Shown here in pieces: positions 10,867 through 22,612 of a DNA stretch of 64,000 nucleotides. The translations under genes and the position numbers were made by a program. This stretch comes from Nemertoderma westbladi (Eukaryota > Animalia > Xenacoelomorpha), in NCBI GenBank assembly GCA_032718475.1, contig JAUCBJ010008627.1:1-64000 (forward strand). The letters are read 5' to 3'. The notes under the pieces are model-generated. The model was not told the DNA's origin and searched no databases. It saw nothing but the letters and a program-made list of their open reading frames with translations. Within the stretch, counting starts at the first letter, position 1. Each line of letters begins with the position of its first letter.

Positions 10867-12510
10867 TTAATCCTCCTGGTAACTGATCTTCTCCTTCAGA
10901 AATCTGCCTGATATCTTGTATTTGGGAAGATCTTTAACAACATGTACCTGTACAGATGTCAGTGGAGCGGTATCACTAGTGGTCTTCGTCCTGGAGTAGT
11001 GATGATGAAAACATCGCTTTAAATATGTAATGGCCTTACAGAGCCGATTCCAGGAACTATAGTGATGTATCGCTCTCTGCAGGAGAGGTGAGAGTCCCTG
11101 CGAGACGTCTGGTGTTCCAGATTTCCAATCTCTCTCTCTGATTTCCACAACAGACTTATTTGTGGCTGGGGTTTTTGGATCCAAAGCGTCGTCTCCAGAA
11201 GTGTGTAGTACAGACAGATCTATCACGGGTTTAAATAACTTCGATTTACTCGCTCGGGTTTTAGGTTTGACTTTCTCCGCTCCCTTGGCTTGTCTAATCT
11301 CCGCCGTGGTAAGATGAGGAGGCCATTCATCCTCTTCTTTGCTTAGGAAGTCGGGTCCGCCTAACCAGTCTGGAGTATCTATCAGTTCTTGTGGAGTTGC
11401 TCCTCTGGAGGCGATGTCGGCTGGATTAATCGTTCCGGGGCAATGTCTCCATTGATCTATCTTCGTGCGACTATGTATAATGGCTACTCTGTTGGTAACG
11501 AAGACACTGAACTGACAGACTTCATTGGTTATATACTCCAACACGAGTAAAGCATCGGTCCAATAGACAGTTTTCTCCAGTGGATAGTCGATCTGTTCGG
11601 TTACATTCCGGCCGATGGCTGTAGCGTATAGAGCCGCTTTTAACTCCGCTCGAGGAACTTTCAACTTGTTGTTTATCAAGGCCTTAGAGGTAACCAAGGC
11701 GACCTTGATTCCATCCGGAGTTTCAACTCTCAGGTAGGCTACTATACCTATTCCCATATCGCTGGCGTCTCCAAACACATGGAGTTGATAGGAATACGTG
11801 GGGAGAACATGACCAAAATATGAACGGGAAATTATAAAGTTCTCGATGGATGGTAGAGAATCTTCCCATTTCATCCATTTCTTTAATAGTTCTCCTTTAA
11901 GTGGATCGTCCCATGAGTGATTTTCAAGCCACATTTGTTGTACTAAACTCCGAGCAATCAATATAACTGGGTTAATAAATCCCAATGGATCGAAATAAGT
12001 GCTCAGGATACTTAGACAAATCCGTTTAGTCCGAACTGGATTATCTCGCTGTTTTAGCTGGAAAAACAGGATATCTCCCTCCGTGTCCCATTTCAAACCA
12101 AGTGTCTTGGTTTCTGGAAGATCGTCCTTGATAAGGTCTAGGTCTTTAACTCCTCGGTCTTCTACCGGGATTGATTCCAGAAATTCACGGGAGTTGCTGG
12201 TGAATTTAGTTAATCGAAATCCACCTATTTTCAAGCACTCTACCGTTCCTTTGGCGACATCAATGGCTTCTTCCACCGATGGGAGGGACTTTAAATTGTC
12301 GTCCATGTATATATCCCGTTTGATGTTGTCGATAACCTCTTTGGAGAAGGCGTCCCGGTTGTCATCAGCAGTGGTACGCACTATTGAGCAGGCGTTTGAA
12401 GGGCTCGAGATGATCCCAAAAGCCTGGATGGTCATCCAGTACTCCACCGGTTTCTGGTTGAGGTCTCCTTCAGGCCACCACAGAAATCGTAGGCTGTCTC
12501 GATCCCTATC
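10867..12510 (-). pseudogene. BEL/Pao reverse transcriptase (C-terminal part) and RNase H
   Basis: RT motifs RDSLRFLWW, FGIISSP, IYMDD and KTLGLKW; RNase H motifs VFGDAS, PRAEL, YWTD and NPADIASRG. The N-terminal RT motifs are absent, replaced by foreign DNA. Confidence 0.93.
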
Positions 12511-13855
12511 CAGCCGCTTACGTCCTTCTGGGCTCCTCCCCGAGGCGCACCCACGAGGCGGACGCTTTTCCACCACCCTTGGGGCCAGTCCGACTCCGTT
12601 TTTATCAGACCGGGCCGGAGGGTAGCCCGATGCTTCCCGGATTCACTTTTCAATCCCCCGATCACACCGGCACAGCTCGTCGCATGTGTAGCCAGATGGT
12701 CGGCTACTGTCAACTTACTGTGGCCTGACTGTACATTGAGCCAACTCAGAGAGTCAACCGGCGGGTGGACCAGTCGATAGCGATCGAGCATCAAGGTCAC
12801 CCTTGAGCCAAACCGACGGTCTTGTCCCAAGTGGGCTTGCGCTACCCAACATGGAATATTGACACGTTTTCACCCGCCTCGCCGGCAGTATTGAGGGGAA
12901 GTCGGTTCCGCAAACAATACTGACTAGCTCGAAAGCTAGGAACAAGTAACCACTTACCAGTCATTGTACACGTGTACTCAACAGATGTTCACGAAATCAA
13001 GTACACAATGGTAAACACAAAATCGGACACATACCATGCACACACAGAGGACATAATCGGGAAAGACAAATCGGTGACAAAATCAGAGGGGACAAATTGT
13101 ATCGACTGATAAAAGAGTCGAGAGTACCTTATTTTGCCGTCAGGGCAAAATAACTTTGTGTGCACAAAGTATGCTGGGGCGCAGTAAAGATATGGTCCTA
13201 CTAATACCAGCGGCGTCTAGACCAACCGGCAAGGGTTCCCATACTCACTCGCAGTGGCCATACATACACTCACGTATACCACGTACCCACAGCAACAGAA
13301 AGCTCAAGCAAACTACCACTGATCGTCCATACACAAACCACAGATTCCAAAGTATCGTTCACTCGGACCACACTACAACACCACCCCCTCCTTGAAGCGG
13401 ATATTCCAGGTGCTACCTCCATTCCAATAGTAGTACCAACAGAATCATCAGAATCCTGCCCATTCCGATGCAACACCTCCATTCCAATAGTGCTACCCTG
13501 GGAAAAGACACGTTTCGGCGGCCGATCGGAGACAGCAAAGAGTCTGGTCAACTCATACATACCAAACATAGACCTACCACATAGACCACAGATCACACTA
13601 AGCCACCACCCCTACTGTGTACAGGACTGGCAGTACGGCAACAGGCCGACTAGACGGTACCACGGCACCATGTTGATTCATGGTTCGCAAGACACGAGGG
13701 CCTTCAGTATCTCCCTTGCACTTACGGGACGATTTAACGTGCCCCCAGACACTCACGAGTCCGCCGCCGCCTGTTGTCGACACCCCTATAGAGACCTCAC
13801 CTCTTTGGGTATCGACTTGTCCCGCTGGATGAATGAGGTGACATAGGTTCACTTG
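12511..13855. other. Foreign ~1.35-kb segment replacing the N-terminal part of RT
   Basis: BEL similarity stops after ...LLTENETWQ and resumes at DRDRDSLRFLWW. The segment has no pol motifs. Boundaries are approximate. Confidence 0.65.
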
Positions 13856-16800
13856 GTTTTGCCAAGTTTCATTTTCTGTAAGGAGGTCGATGGTATTCTC
13901 CTCGTCGAAGAGTTGGTGGATATCGTCATTATCTGAGGAGTATGGTGTTCCCTCAGGTGGGTCGTCTCCCTCACTGGTCTCATCTTCCCATTCACTCACC
14001 TGGTAGACTCGTTCTTTGGGTAGCCTTTCCATGAGAGTTCTACGGGAAGGTCCAGTAAAGTACCAACCTACTCTAGTTCTTCCCGCATAGGATTGCAGTG
14101 GTTGTGGTTGAGCAGGCCGTTTTTCCGATGTCTCAAGCGCCTCATGCGCATTTTGGCCGATGAGTATTTGCACTCCAGGGTAATCTGTGTTGAATCTAGG
14201 TATCTCATGCTGTTGGGTGAAGTCGTCCTCATCCCAGTTATAAGGTTCCACTTGGCTGGTAGCGAAGTTCTTTATCGCCACCATTTTTACTGACCTTATA
14301 CTGTGTTCTCCTAGTTCATCCTGGGGGGTGGACAACGCGCCTACATAATAGTCTGTAGTTACTGTAGATTTCCAAACCTGCATAATTCCTGACATGTTCA
14401 ACTTAGTTCGGAACTTGGGTTGTCCAGCAAAGATGTCTTCGGCTAGTTCTTTGTCGATGAATGTTCCTGTGCTGCCGGAGTCAAGGAGGGCGTTCACTAT
14501 ATAGCTCTTTTCTGACCCGTGGACTCTCAACTGCACTACGGGAAATTCTCGGATTCCTACGTTGGAAGTTGGTGCTTTCCAAGATGGTTGTCGGTCAGGA
14601 GTAGTTAGGGGGAGCTCACTATCAATTTCCTTCTCATACGTAAGTGCTCGATACACTGCGGTATTTATTAGGTAACAGGATTCGTTTTCGTTGGAGAATT
14701 CATCCGTATAGAATCCTTCCATCTCAGAACTTTGGTCAGTGTCGTTCACATCACTGAATTGGACATGTAGTTCGGACTCACTTACCTGACTCGGGTTGTT
14801 TCTTTCGAATTCGGTGTGCAGCAAGATATGATGTTTCGCGCCGCACTTAGCACACCTCGCGTCAGAGTAACAGGTTCACCGTTGGTGTCCTTGTCTGAGG
14901 CAATTATAACACAATCGCTTATCCCACATGACTTCGCGTCTATCCTTTAAGGATTTCTTTAGGAATTCATCACACACACTTAAACGGTGGGGCCCGTCGC
15001 ACAATGCACATTTTGGTTTGATGTTACTTACTTTACCTTGGGTAATGTTGTGCACACTCGTTCTTTCCTCGGGCTTTCTTCCACGAACTCTCTTAGGAGA
15101 CGTAGGAGGAGTTTTTGTTACCTGTTCTCTCCTGTCACTAATTCGAGACTTAAATTTACTTACGTCTTTAGTTGCTTTGTTGACATAGTAAGATCTTGCG
15201 GTGTCTTTCCCATTGTCCTCCTCTTGAGAGGCCTGGCTTTCACCGTCGTCTGTATAACACACTGGTGTTACCTTTCTCCTAGAAACGGTTTTCTCACTTA
15301 CCTTATTTTCCGGTGTCTTCTCTCTGGACTGCTTTAGGAGCTGTAATTTTACCTCTCCATCTAAGAATGACATGAGATCAGCCATGGTAGGGTCTCGTTG
15401 TTGTTGTTCCATCATATATAACACTTTCTTATCCCAGCGTGTACCAACTCCACCCTTTGGCAAAGTAGATGCTACGGCTCCAATAACCATAGCACTCTGA
15501 TATTCATGAGACTTACCTAGCCAATCTAATTGTCTACAGATCTCCTGAATCTCATCGGAAAACTCTATAATCCCGCTGCTAATGAACTTTCGGGGCGCTA
15601 CCAATTTTGCATACAAATACCTAGCTATGTTATTCCTATTACCATACCTGATGTTTAAGGTATTCCATACTTGGCTTAATCCATCTGGATGTCCAATAAA
15701 CTTTAACGCCATTAACTTGGGAGATCCTTCCAAGCACTCGATGAGGAATCTAAGTTTCTCTCCGTTAGATAGCACAGAGTTCTGTATGTTATCTTTGTAA
15801 TATTCATTAAAAGGTAACCATTTCATCTCATCTCCATTGAACTTGACGATCTCTCCCACATTTACCGCTTGACGGGCTTCGGTTCTAGCCATTTGATGCG
15901 TAAAACTTTCTTGGGCCATCGTATTATTTAATATCGAGTTATCGGTATATAAATTTCTCGGATTATTATCAGGTCTATATGGAATATCATTGTCAACAGG
16001 TTTATAATTACCCTTAATAGGGTTTACTATAGGAGTTTCTACTTCACTAGCAGTGTAGATGCGTGTAGGCTCCACACCTTGCGTATGAAATACTTCAGAC
16101 CTAACAGGTTGACACATTGTTACAGGGTGTGGTGGTATACCCTTTTGTATATTTACTAATTTATCGCGTTCTAACGCGATATTCTGCTGCACTTCTTGCA
16201 ACTCTAACCTACTTTCCCTTACTGTTCCCTTGAATTGTTGAACAGTCTCCTGCATCTGCCCGAGCAGGAGATTCATCCCCCGCCGCCCCTCATCCACCCA
16301 CTCGACCGCCGAAGCGGGAGCCGCCAACACAGTAGCGGGTAGACAAGGGACAACGGGCGACAAATCGTTGATATTTCGCTCGGAGTCCAGTACAGGAACT
16401 GTCTCAGGGGCTGTTCTGCTGGGCACAGGTAGTTTAGTGCTGTGCAAAGGGAATTTAGAGTTGGGTTCTGGAAGTACAGGGATCTCTATCACAGAGGGGG
16501 TAGCTTCGAGAACAGGCCTAATTATTTCAGGCTCATCTACTATAGTAGGGAGTCTTTTTACTCTAATAATTTGGTCTGTGGGTTCTGTACTACCTAAGTC
16601 CGTGCTAGCTAGTTGCCTTCTCACAGCTGGGGGCAAATCAGGCAATTTCTGACGGTGGGGCATTCTTCTACGCCTGCTAGGACGAGATCTATTTCCTCCG
16701 TCTTCAGGATCTGTTGTATCGCCTTCATCCGATGATGTAAAACCCTGTCGCTTAGGGGTGGATCGACTTATCATCTGCCACTGAGTAGCTGTTCTCTGTT

Positions 16801-18391
16801 TATCTATGTAGTCTTGCTTCTCTTGCAGATTTTCCAACTCTAGTTGGATGGTCTCTTCAGACGCTCTCCGTTCTGCTTCTGCCACTGCTATCTTTCTTTC
16901 CGCTTATGCCGCTTTTCTTTCCGCTTCTGCCGCTGCCACTGCCGCTTTTCTTTCCACTTCTGCCGCTGCCACTGCCGCTTTTCTTTCCACTTCTGCCGCT
17001 TTTCTTTCCGCTTCTGCCGCTTTTCTTTCCGCTTCTGCCGCTGCCTCTGCCACTTTTCTTTCCACTTCTGCCGCTTTTCTTTCCACTTCTGCCGCTTTTC
17101 TTTCCGCTTCTGCCGCTTTTCTTTCCGCTTCTGCCGCTGCCACTGCCGCTTTTCTTTCCACTTCTGCCGCTTTTCTTTCCGCTTCTGCCTCTGCCGCTGC
17201 CGCTGCTGCTGTCTTTCTGTCTTCTATACGTTTTTTCTTTACTTGTTCTTCTTGGACCCTAGCGATGCGGCTGCTTTCATCAAATTTAGCTTGGTTCGCA
17301 GCTAACATTTCCGCATCTAATGCGTCCAACACAAACTTGGCTCCTTCACTATTAGGGCGAAGTCCAGCCAGCCGTCTCCTCAACTCTTTGTCTCCTACAA
17401 ATCGTTGATAGTCCGACAGATAGATGTCAATAGCGTCCTTCTTCTGAGGTTTCTCTAATGTAACCTCGCTTTCCACCTGAGAAAAGGCAGCGTCTGTTGA
17501 TTCTCCATGGGTCGAGCGCTCATTTAGCTGAATTTTCCATTGGGTCGTTCCTTGAACCTTGAGACTCACCCGTTGGAACCAAGTCTTGACGGCAACTTGC
17601 AACGACGTGTCTTGGGTTCTCTTCGAAGCTTCCTCAAAGGCTGATAGTAGTAGTCTGATTCTTAGGATTCTTACTCGAACTTGATAAAGCAGCTCTCCCT
17701 GCTCTTGAGGTCCTTGATGTTGTTGAAACAGTTGTTCCTCTAATCGCTCCAAAGAGCTGAAGAATCCCTGTACATATCCCGCTGCCGACCTCTTCCACAC
17801 AGCTGGATCACTAGTGTCTTTTGTCACTCCCATCCTGTATAAGTCCTCCCAGGCAGCTTCCGATAAGTTAAACGGGAGTCCGGGTCCGGGAAAGTTCCAT
17901 TGCGTCTCGACAATAGACTTCAGTTCCTCCCTTGTGTATCCCGCATAACTGTCCTTGGTCGATCGCTTACTTCTCGCCCAATCGATTTGGTGTTCCTCCA
18001 CTGCAATCAATACCCTAGTGAGTACGGCTGCAGGAAGAATGAGAAGTGGATCCGAATAAACCGCATCTGCCATCCTTGCTCCGCGCTCGGGTGTCAACTC
18101 TACAGTATCTGAACTACTGGAGCTATCGGGCCGCTGAGAAATAAGTTCTCGGCTCGGGTGTTGCTGCTGTTTAACAGCTGCTTCTTGGTCCCGCTTGACT
18201 TGAGCCCAAGTGCCTATGATAGACCTACGGTGTTTGACTAGCCTAGGGTCTGATACTACTACTGGAGGGATGACCTTTCTTACAGTAGGAGGGGAGTTGA
18301 ACTTCGGTCTCAAATGTTCCGCACTCCTATCTGGATCACAGATGGTTGTATCTAGGAGACTGTCTGACAGGTTTTGCTTTGTGTCAGACAT
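13856..18391 (-). pseudogene. BEL/Pao gag and aspartic protease, one frame interrupted by two premature stops (16904 and 14876)
   Basis: The three listed ORFs share one frame. Gag motifs KFNGDEMKWLPF...EKLRFLIECLEG; zinc knuckles CALCDGPHRLSVC, CYNCLRQGHQR*TC and CAKCGAKHHILLH; protease ALLDSGSTGTFI. Confidence 0.92.
16865..17212 (-). repeat. Coding tandem repeat in gag (21/30-nt units encoding AEAERKA / AVAAAEVERKA)
   Basis: Repeated ttctgccgcttttctttccrc units. One unit has GAA>TAA, creating the stop at 16904. Confidence 0.9.
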
Positions 18392-18530
18392 GTTTGTTTA
18401 TACCATTGGATGCCTACTGCTAGAACTACAGTTAAAGCAAGTCTAGTAATTCAGTATCAACTATAAGCCTAGTAATTAATTACCGATATCGTTACTCAGT
18501 GTAACGTGATATATATACACAATATATTAG

Positions 18531-18783
18531 AATACCAGTATACACTTATAGTATATATATAAGTATTATTACAGACTAGGTTTGTCACAGAATACCGGTA
18601 TATAATTTCAGCACAAATATATATAAATATATAATAAGCCTATCGTGAATACCAGTATACAACTTACACTTATAGTATATAAGTATAATTATAGACTAGA
18701 ATTAATTACAGAATACCGGTATATAATTTCAGCTCAAATTTATAGAAATAAATATAATAAGCCTATCGTAAATACCGGTATGT
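18531..18783. repeat. Tandem duplication (~115-125 bp unit) in the element's 5' leader
   Basis: aataccagtatac...aataccggtatataatttcagc...aataagcctatcgt occurs twice in tandem. Confidence 0.75.
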
Positions 18784-20302
18784 CAATTATTTTAGAATAA
18801 TTGAATTTCTGAATTTAATGTTACTTAGTTACTTTACTTTACCTTATTACCGTTATTTAAGCAGTAGTCCAACTGATATTAAGACCTAATTGATGTATGA
18901 CAGGCCTACTGTTTTATAAATCGGTTTGAGTTTATTTATAATATATATATATATACCCTTTAATGGGTTTTTGTCAATGTTTGAAATAAATGTTATTATT
19001 TCTGGTAAGGAGTCACTACACAGAAGCTGTACGCTCTCAGTGAAGTGCTACTTGTTGGACACTAAAACAAATAATTCTAATTTACTAAGTTACTTATTAC
19101 TACAAATTACGTACAATTAATGGGTGAGATTACAATCTCTAAATAAACACAAAAAATTACACGTACAAATTTGAGGGTTAATTTTACAGGGAATCTACAA
19201 ACCAGCCTAACAAGGAGTTAGAATATCTGGTTATTACAAACGGACAAGATACTACGGTATTTGAAAATAATAAAGCAGTAGTAAATATATTGCGTTGTCT
19301 AGATAAGAAAATACCACTGTCTGACGACTTATAGCCGTAGCGCTATAAGTACTACGTTATGTACCCGGAGTGTTCCTACCTAGAAGTTAATTACCGCAGC
19401 CTACCATAGCTAATGTGCCTATTAACCACTTTACAACACAAATATACTGCCTACACACTAATTACCTTTGGAAAGCACTGTACACTAAACCCTAAATTAG
19501 GTACAAGTACTTATACAACAAATAACCAGCAGTTAAAAAATACTTGTACAGCTAAAAGAACCACGGTATCTGCCGGAGTGACCAGAGCATAAAATCACCA
19601 GTCTTTACCTACGCCAAACAGCCCTGATGTAGTACCGGGGTTAATTTAACTATAACGGTATGTATAACAAGCACAATTACTGCAGGAATAAACTTGGGGT
19701 ATGTATGTTGCGAATAATCGCATAAACTCTGAATAATAAATATTACGCTACCCGTACAGACTACACAAACAAAATACAAACCAAATGCTGGCAGACTACT
19801 ATCAAGCCTAAATAAACTACAGTATATGCAGACTCCGAAATGGTTAGTTAGTATGCGTTCTAACCGAGTAGTACGAGTTATACTTTCGGGGGGATTCACC
19901 TTACAGCACTGGATGCCCCCACGTTCGTAACTAGTACTTTATCGGACATACACTCTACACACACTGCAATCTCTTCAGACCTGACAACAGCCAGACAATA
20001 ATCCAGCTTACAAATTACCTGTACAATCTGCGCAGGCTTACATGCCTTCTGCTCAATATTAACTTACAAATTAATAAAACTGACAGAAATAAGTAAAATC
20101 CCAATAAAAAACCAGGGCGGCCATCCCTGATTAAATATCAAGACCTACCGGTATATAATTATCAAAATCGAATAATACTGATGTACCTGTACTGCTGTAA
20201 GTACCGGTTCGGGTGGTTAGGTAGGTAGGCCTACTGGTTACCGGTCGACCGGTACTTTTGCCTTTATTGCCTACGTTGCAATAAAGAAACTATAACTGTT
20301 AT

Positions 20303-21477
20303 TGTTCGCGCTTTTAGACCTTTAGCAGTTTAACCTGCCAATTTTAGGTGTCTTCTAGGTTATAAATCAACTTTAGCCTATAACAAGTATTTGATACACA
20401 TAAAGCTACATTAGCCGAAGCCAGCCTATGCGCAACCATTCACCCACAGTTAAGGGAGACTGGATTCGGATGCTCTGACCTTATTGCGGTGTAGACTTGT
20501 ACTATTCGATTGATCGTTAATATATAATCTCTGACAAATATTATTCACTTTTGGGAAATATTAACAGTTCCTTTAGGACGTGGCGCTCTAAGTATGTAAA
20601 CAGAGTTATGACTTACACTAAACACAATGGTATGGCTAATGATTTTCGTATAAAGCGCATTCTTTAGGAAATGCTTTGTTATCTATCACATTCATGCACA
20701 CTACCGCACACTGCTGCACACTGATCTGCCGACCTTCACTAAATTTGATCATATATAAGGAGAACAGCAACTGACACATGTAGGGTCTATGAAATAGCAT
20801 TCAATTCACTCCAAAACCACTATAATGTAAGTCGCAATTGCTATATGTAACCGGTCTCTCTAACCTTCAGTATATCAAGAAGATTGGGGTTTTATGATTA
20901 TTTATCGATATTCTCCAAATATAACAACATATCCATCAACTTCTAACAATTAATAACCGACAGTAAATAGCAGTAAAATAATGCGGTGAAAGGTATGTAT
21001 AGTATGATATGATATGATAGGACTTGATAACAGTTATACGTTTCTATAATCAAAGCCGTTCTAATGTTTGGCTAAAGTCTGAAACACCGAATAATTCCAA
21101 AGCCGATATTCTGGGCTCAGGAAAAAAGGTAAACAAAGACCATAATGCATTGCGCGATCTTCCGTAGGCTTCTGTGCAAGATAAAATGAAAATCGCTCTG
21201 ATTGGTCGAGTGAGCCGAACAAAGAAAGCCAAAAAGCTCCACATCAACATATCAGCTGATAGATGTCGTCATCTGAACTACACTGTATTAAGAGTATTTT
21301 GGCATATTGCGGCATAAAATGGCTTGTTATGTCCGCTAAAGTACACATACAGAAAAATGGCTTTTTATGTCCACTAAAACACCTACACAGTAAGAAAACG
21401 GCTTTTTATGTCCGTTAAAACACCTAAAGAGTACTTTGCGGGGAAAATGACTAGTTATATCCGCAAAAGCCTTTACA
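20303..21477 (-). repeat. Full-length 5' LTR of copy 1 (1175 bp, TG...CA)
   Basis: Both ends are fixed by comparison with 58024-59195 and 3048-3684. Three ~40-bp tandem repeats lie near the U3 end (about 21316-21432). Confidence 0.93.
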
Positions 21478-22500
21478 AAGACATTCTGGAAAACAATGTC
21501 AAAGTCGTTGCTGCTGACCTGAATGCGCAAGTTGGTGAAGACATCAAGGGTTTACACCAAGGCGTCCTTTAATCCTCAAAAAAATCTACGCTAGCAGTGG
21601 CATTATGACATAGAAGCTGAGGTACTCTCACTAGATAGTGAAACTGTTTTCTTCCCAATCCTGGCACTGGCTGGCATCCTGCAAGGCGACACATTGCCAT
21701 TGGCGCCATTACCATTCATAAATTTATTTGATTATGCAAAAAGGATTGCTACAACTAACTGGTGGGGATCTGGGATTCACACTACAAAAACGCAGAAGTA
21801 GTAGATATCCAGCAACTACAGTCACAGACACCGACTTCGCGAATAACATCGCCCTGTTTTTCAATACGCAAACAGATGCACAGCAACTACTGAACAAAGT
21901 GGAAAGCGGTGCTACGAAGGTTGGATTGCATAAATGCTACCAAGACCGAATACATGACTTAATATTAATTGAAACTTGACCAGAATTGACAACAGTTAGA
22001 GGAATGTTGGCGACTTCCAGTACCTTATGGGTAGAGAGCAGCAGAAAATACGTAAATAGTATTCTTTGACCGTTAGACCAGGGATTACTCACAAAGTCGG
22101 ACGACTTATTTCCAGTGCAGTCCCCCAGAACTATAGTTCAGAGGAAACTTCAGTAGGTCTGCCTACTCATTTAGCAACATTTTAAGAATGAGCCTTGGCT
22201 AGTCAAGTCACTTTAAGCAATCGTGCCGAAACGATAAATACGCTGGTCCCCAAAAGCCCAAAAACATAAATCACATGAGAAACACCGATATTTATGGTAT
22301 AATACTGTACAACCTGTATCGACGACCACTCCGTGAACGTACACTGTAGATTACGTTTCAGTGGCCACTCATATTGAAGTAAAACTACATAGGTGACACC
22401 AGATCCACTTTTCTGGCAACCAACACAATGAACGCGTATCAGTGTTGAGATGTCGACCGGCTATGACATTTATAGACCAACTTGAAATCGACAATCGGGA
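21478..22500 (+). mobile_element. Highly decayed RTE LINE remnants (endonuclease, RT and 3' pieces)
   Basis: Peptides ENNVKVVAADLNAQVG (APE endonuclease), RRSSRYPATTVTDTDFANNIAL (RT DFADD region) and a WQP...PAMTFIDQL-like 3' end. Confidence 0.65.
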
Positions 22501-22612
22501 AGCCCGGAAGGATCCAAGCCAACAATTTTACCGCCCACCGACTAATAATTAACCTCATACACATTATAATGTACAGTCTGCAATGGAATGTTATTACGTT
22601 TTAATCTCTTAC

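Larger units (their letters stand above)
3048..21477 (-). mobile_element. BEL/Pao LTR retrotransposon, copy 1, with an extra ORF downstream of pol
   Basis: Direct LTRs at 20303-21477 and 3048-3684 (truncated). Domain order is gag(CCHC)-protease-RT-RNaseH-integrase. BEL-specific motifs RDSLRFLW, FDPLG, VPRAELKAA, NPADIASRG, PFTNTGVDLFGP and WWGGSWERLI are present. Confidence 0.95.

Noticed and set aside
11999-17408. Plus-strand ORFs, including the Phe/Cys-, Ala/Ser- and Leu/Pro-rich ones
   Set aside because: Antisense shadows of gag-pol and its coding repeat.
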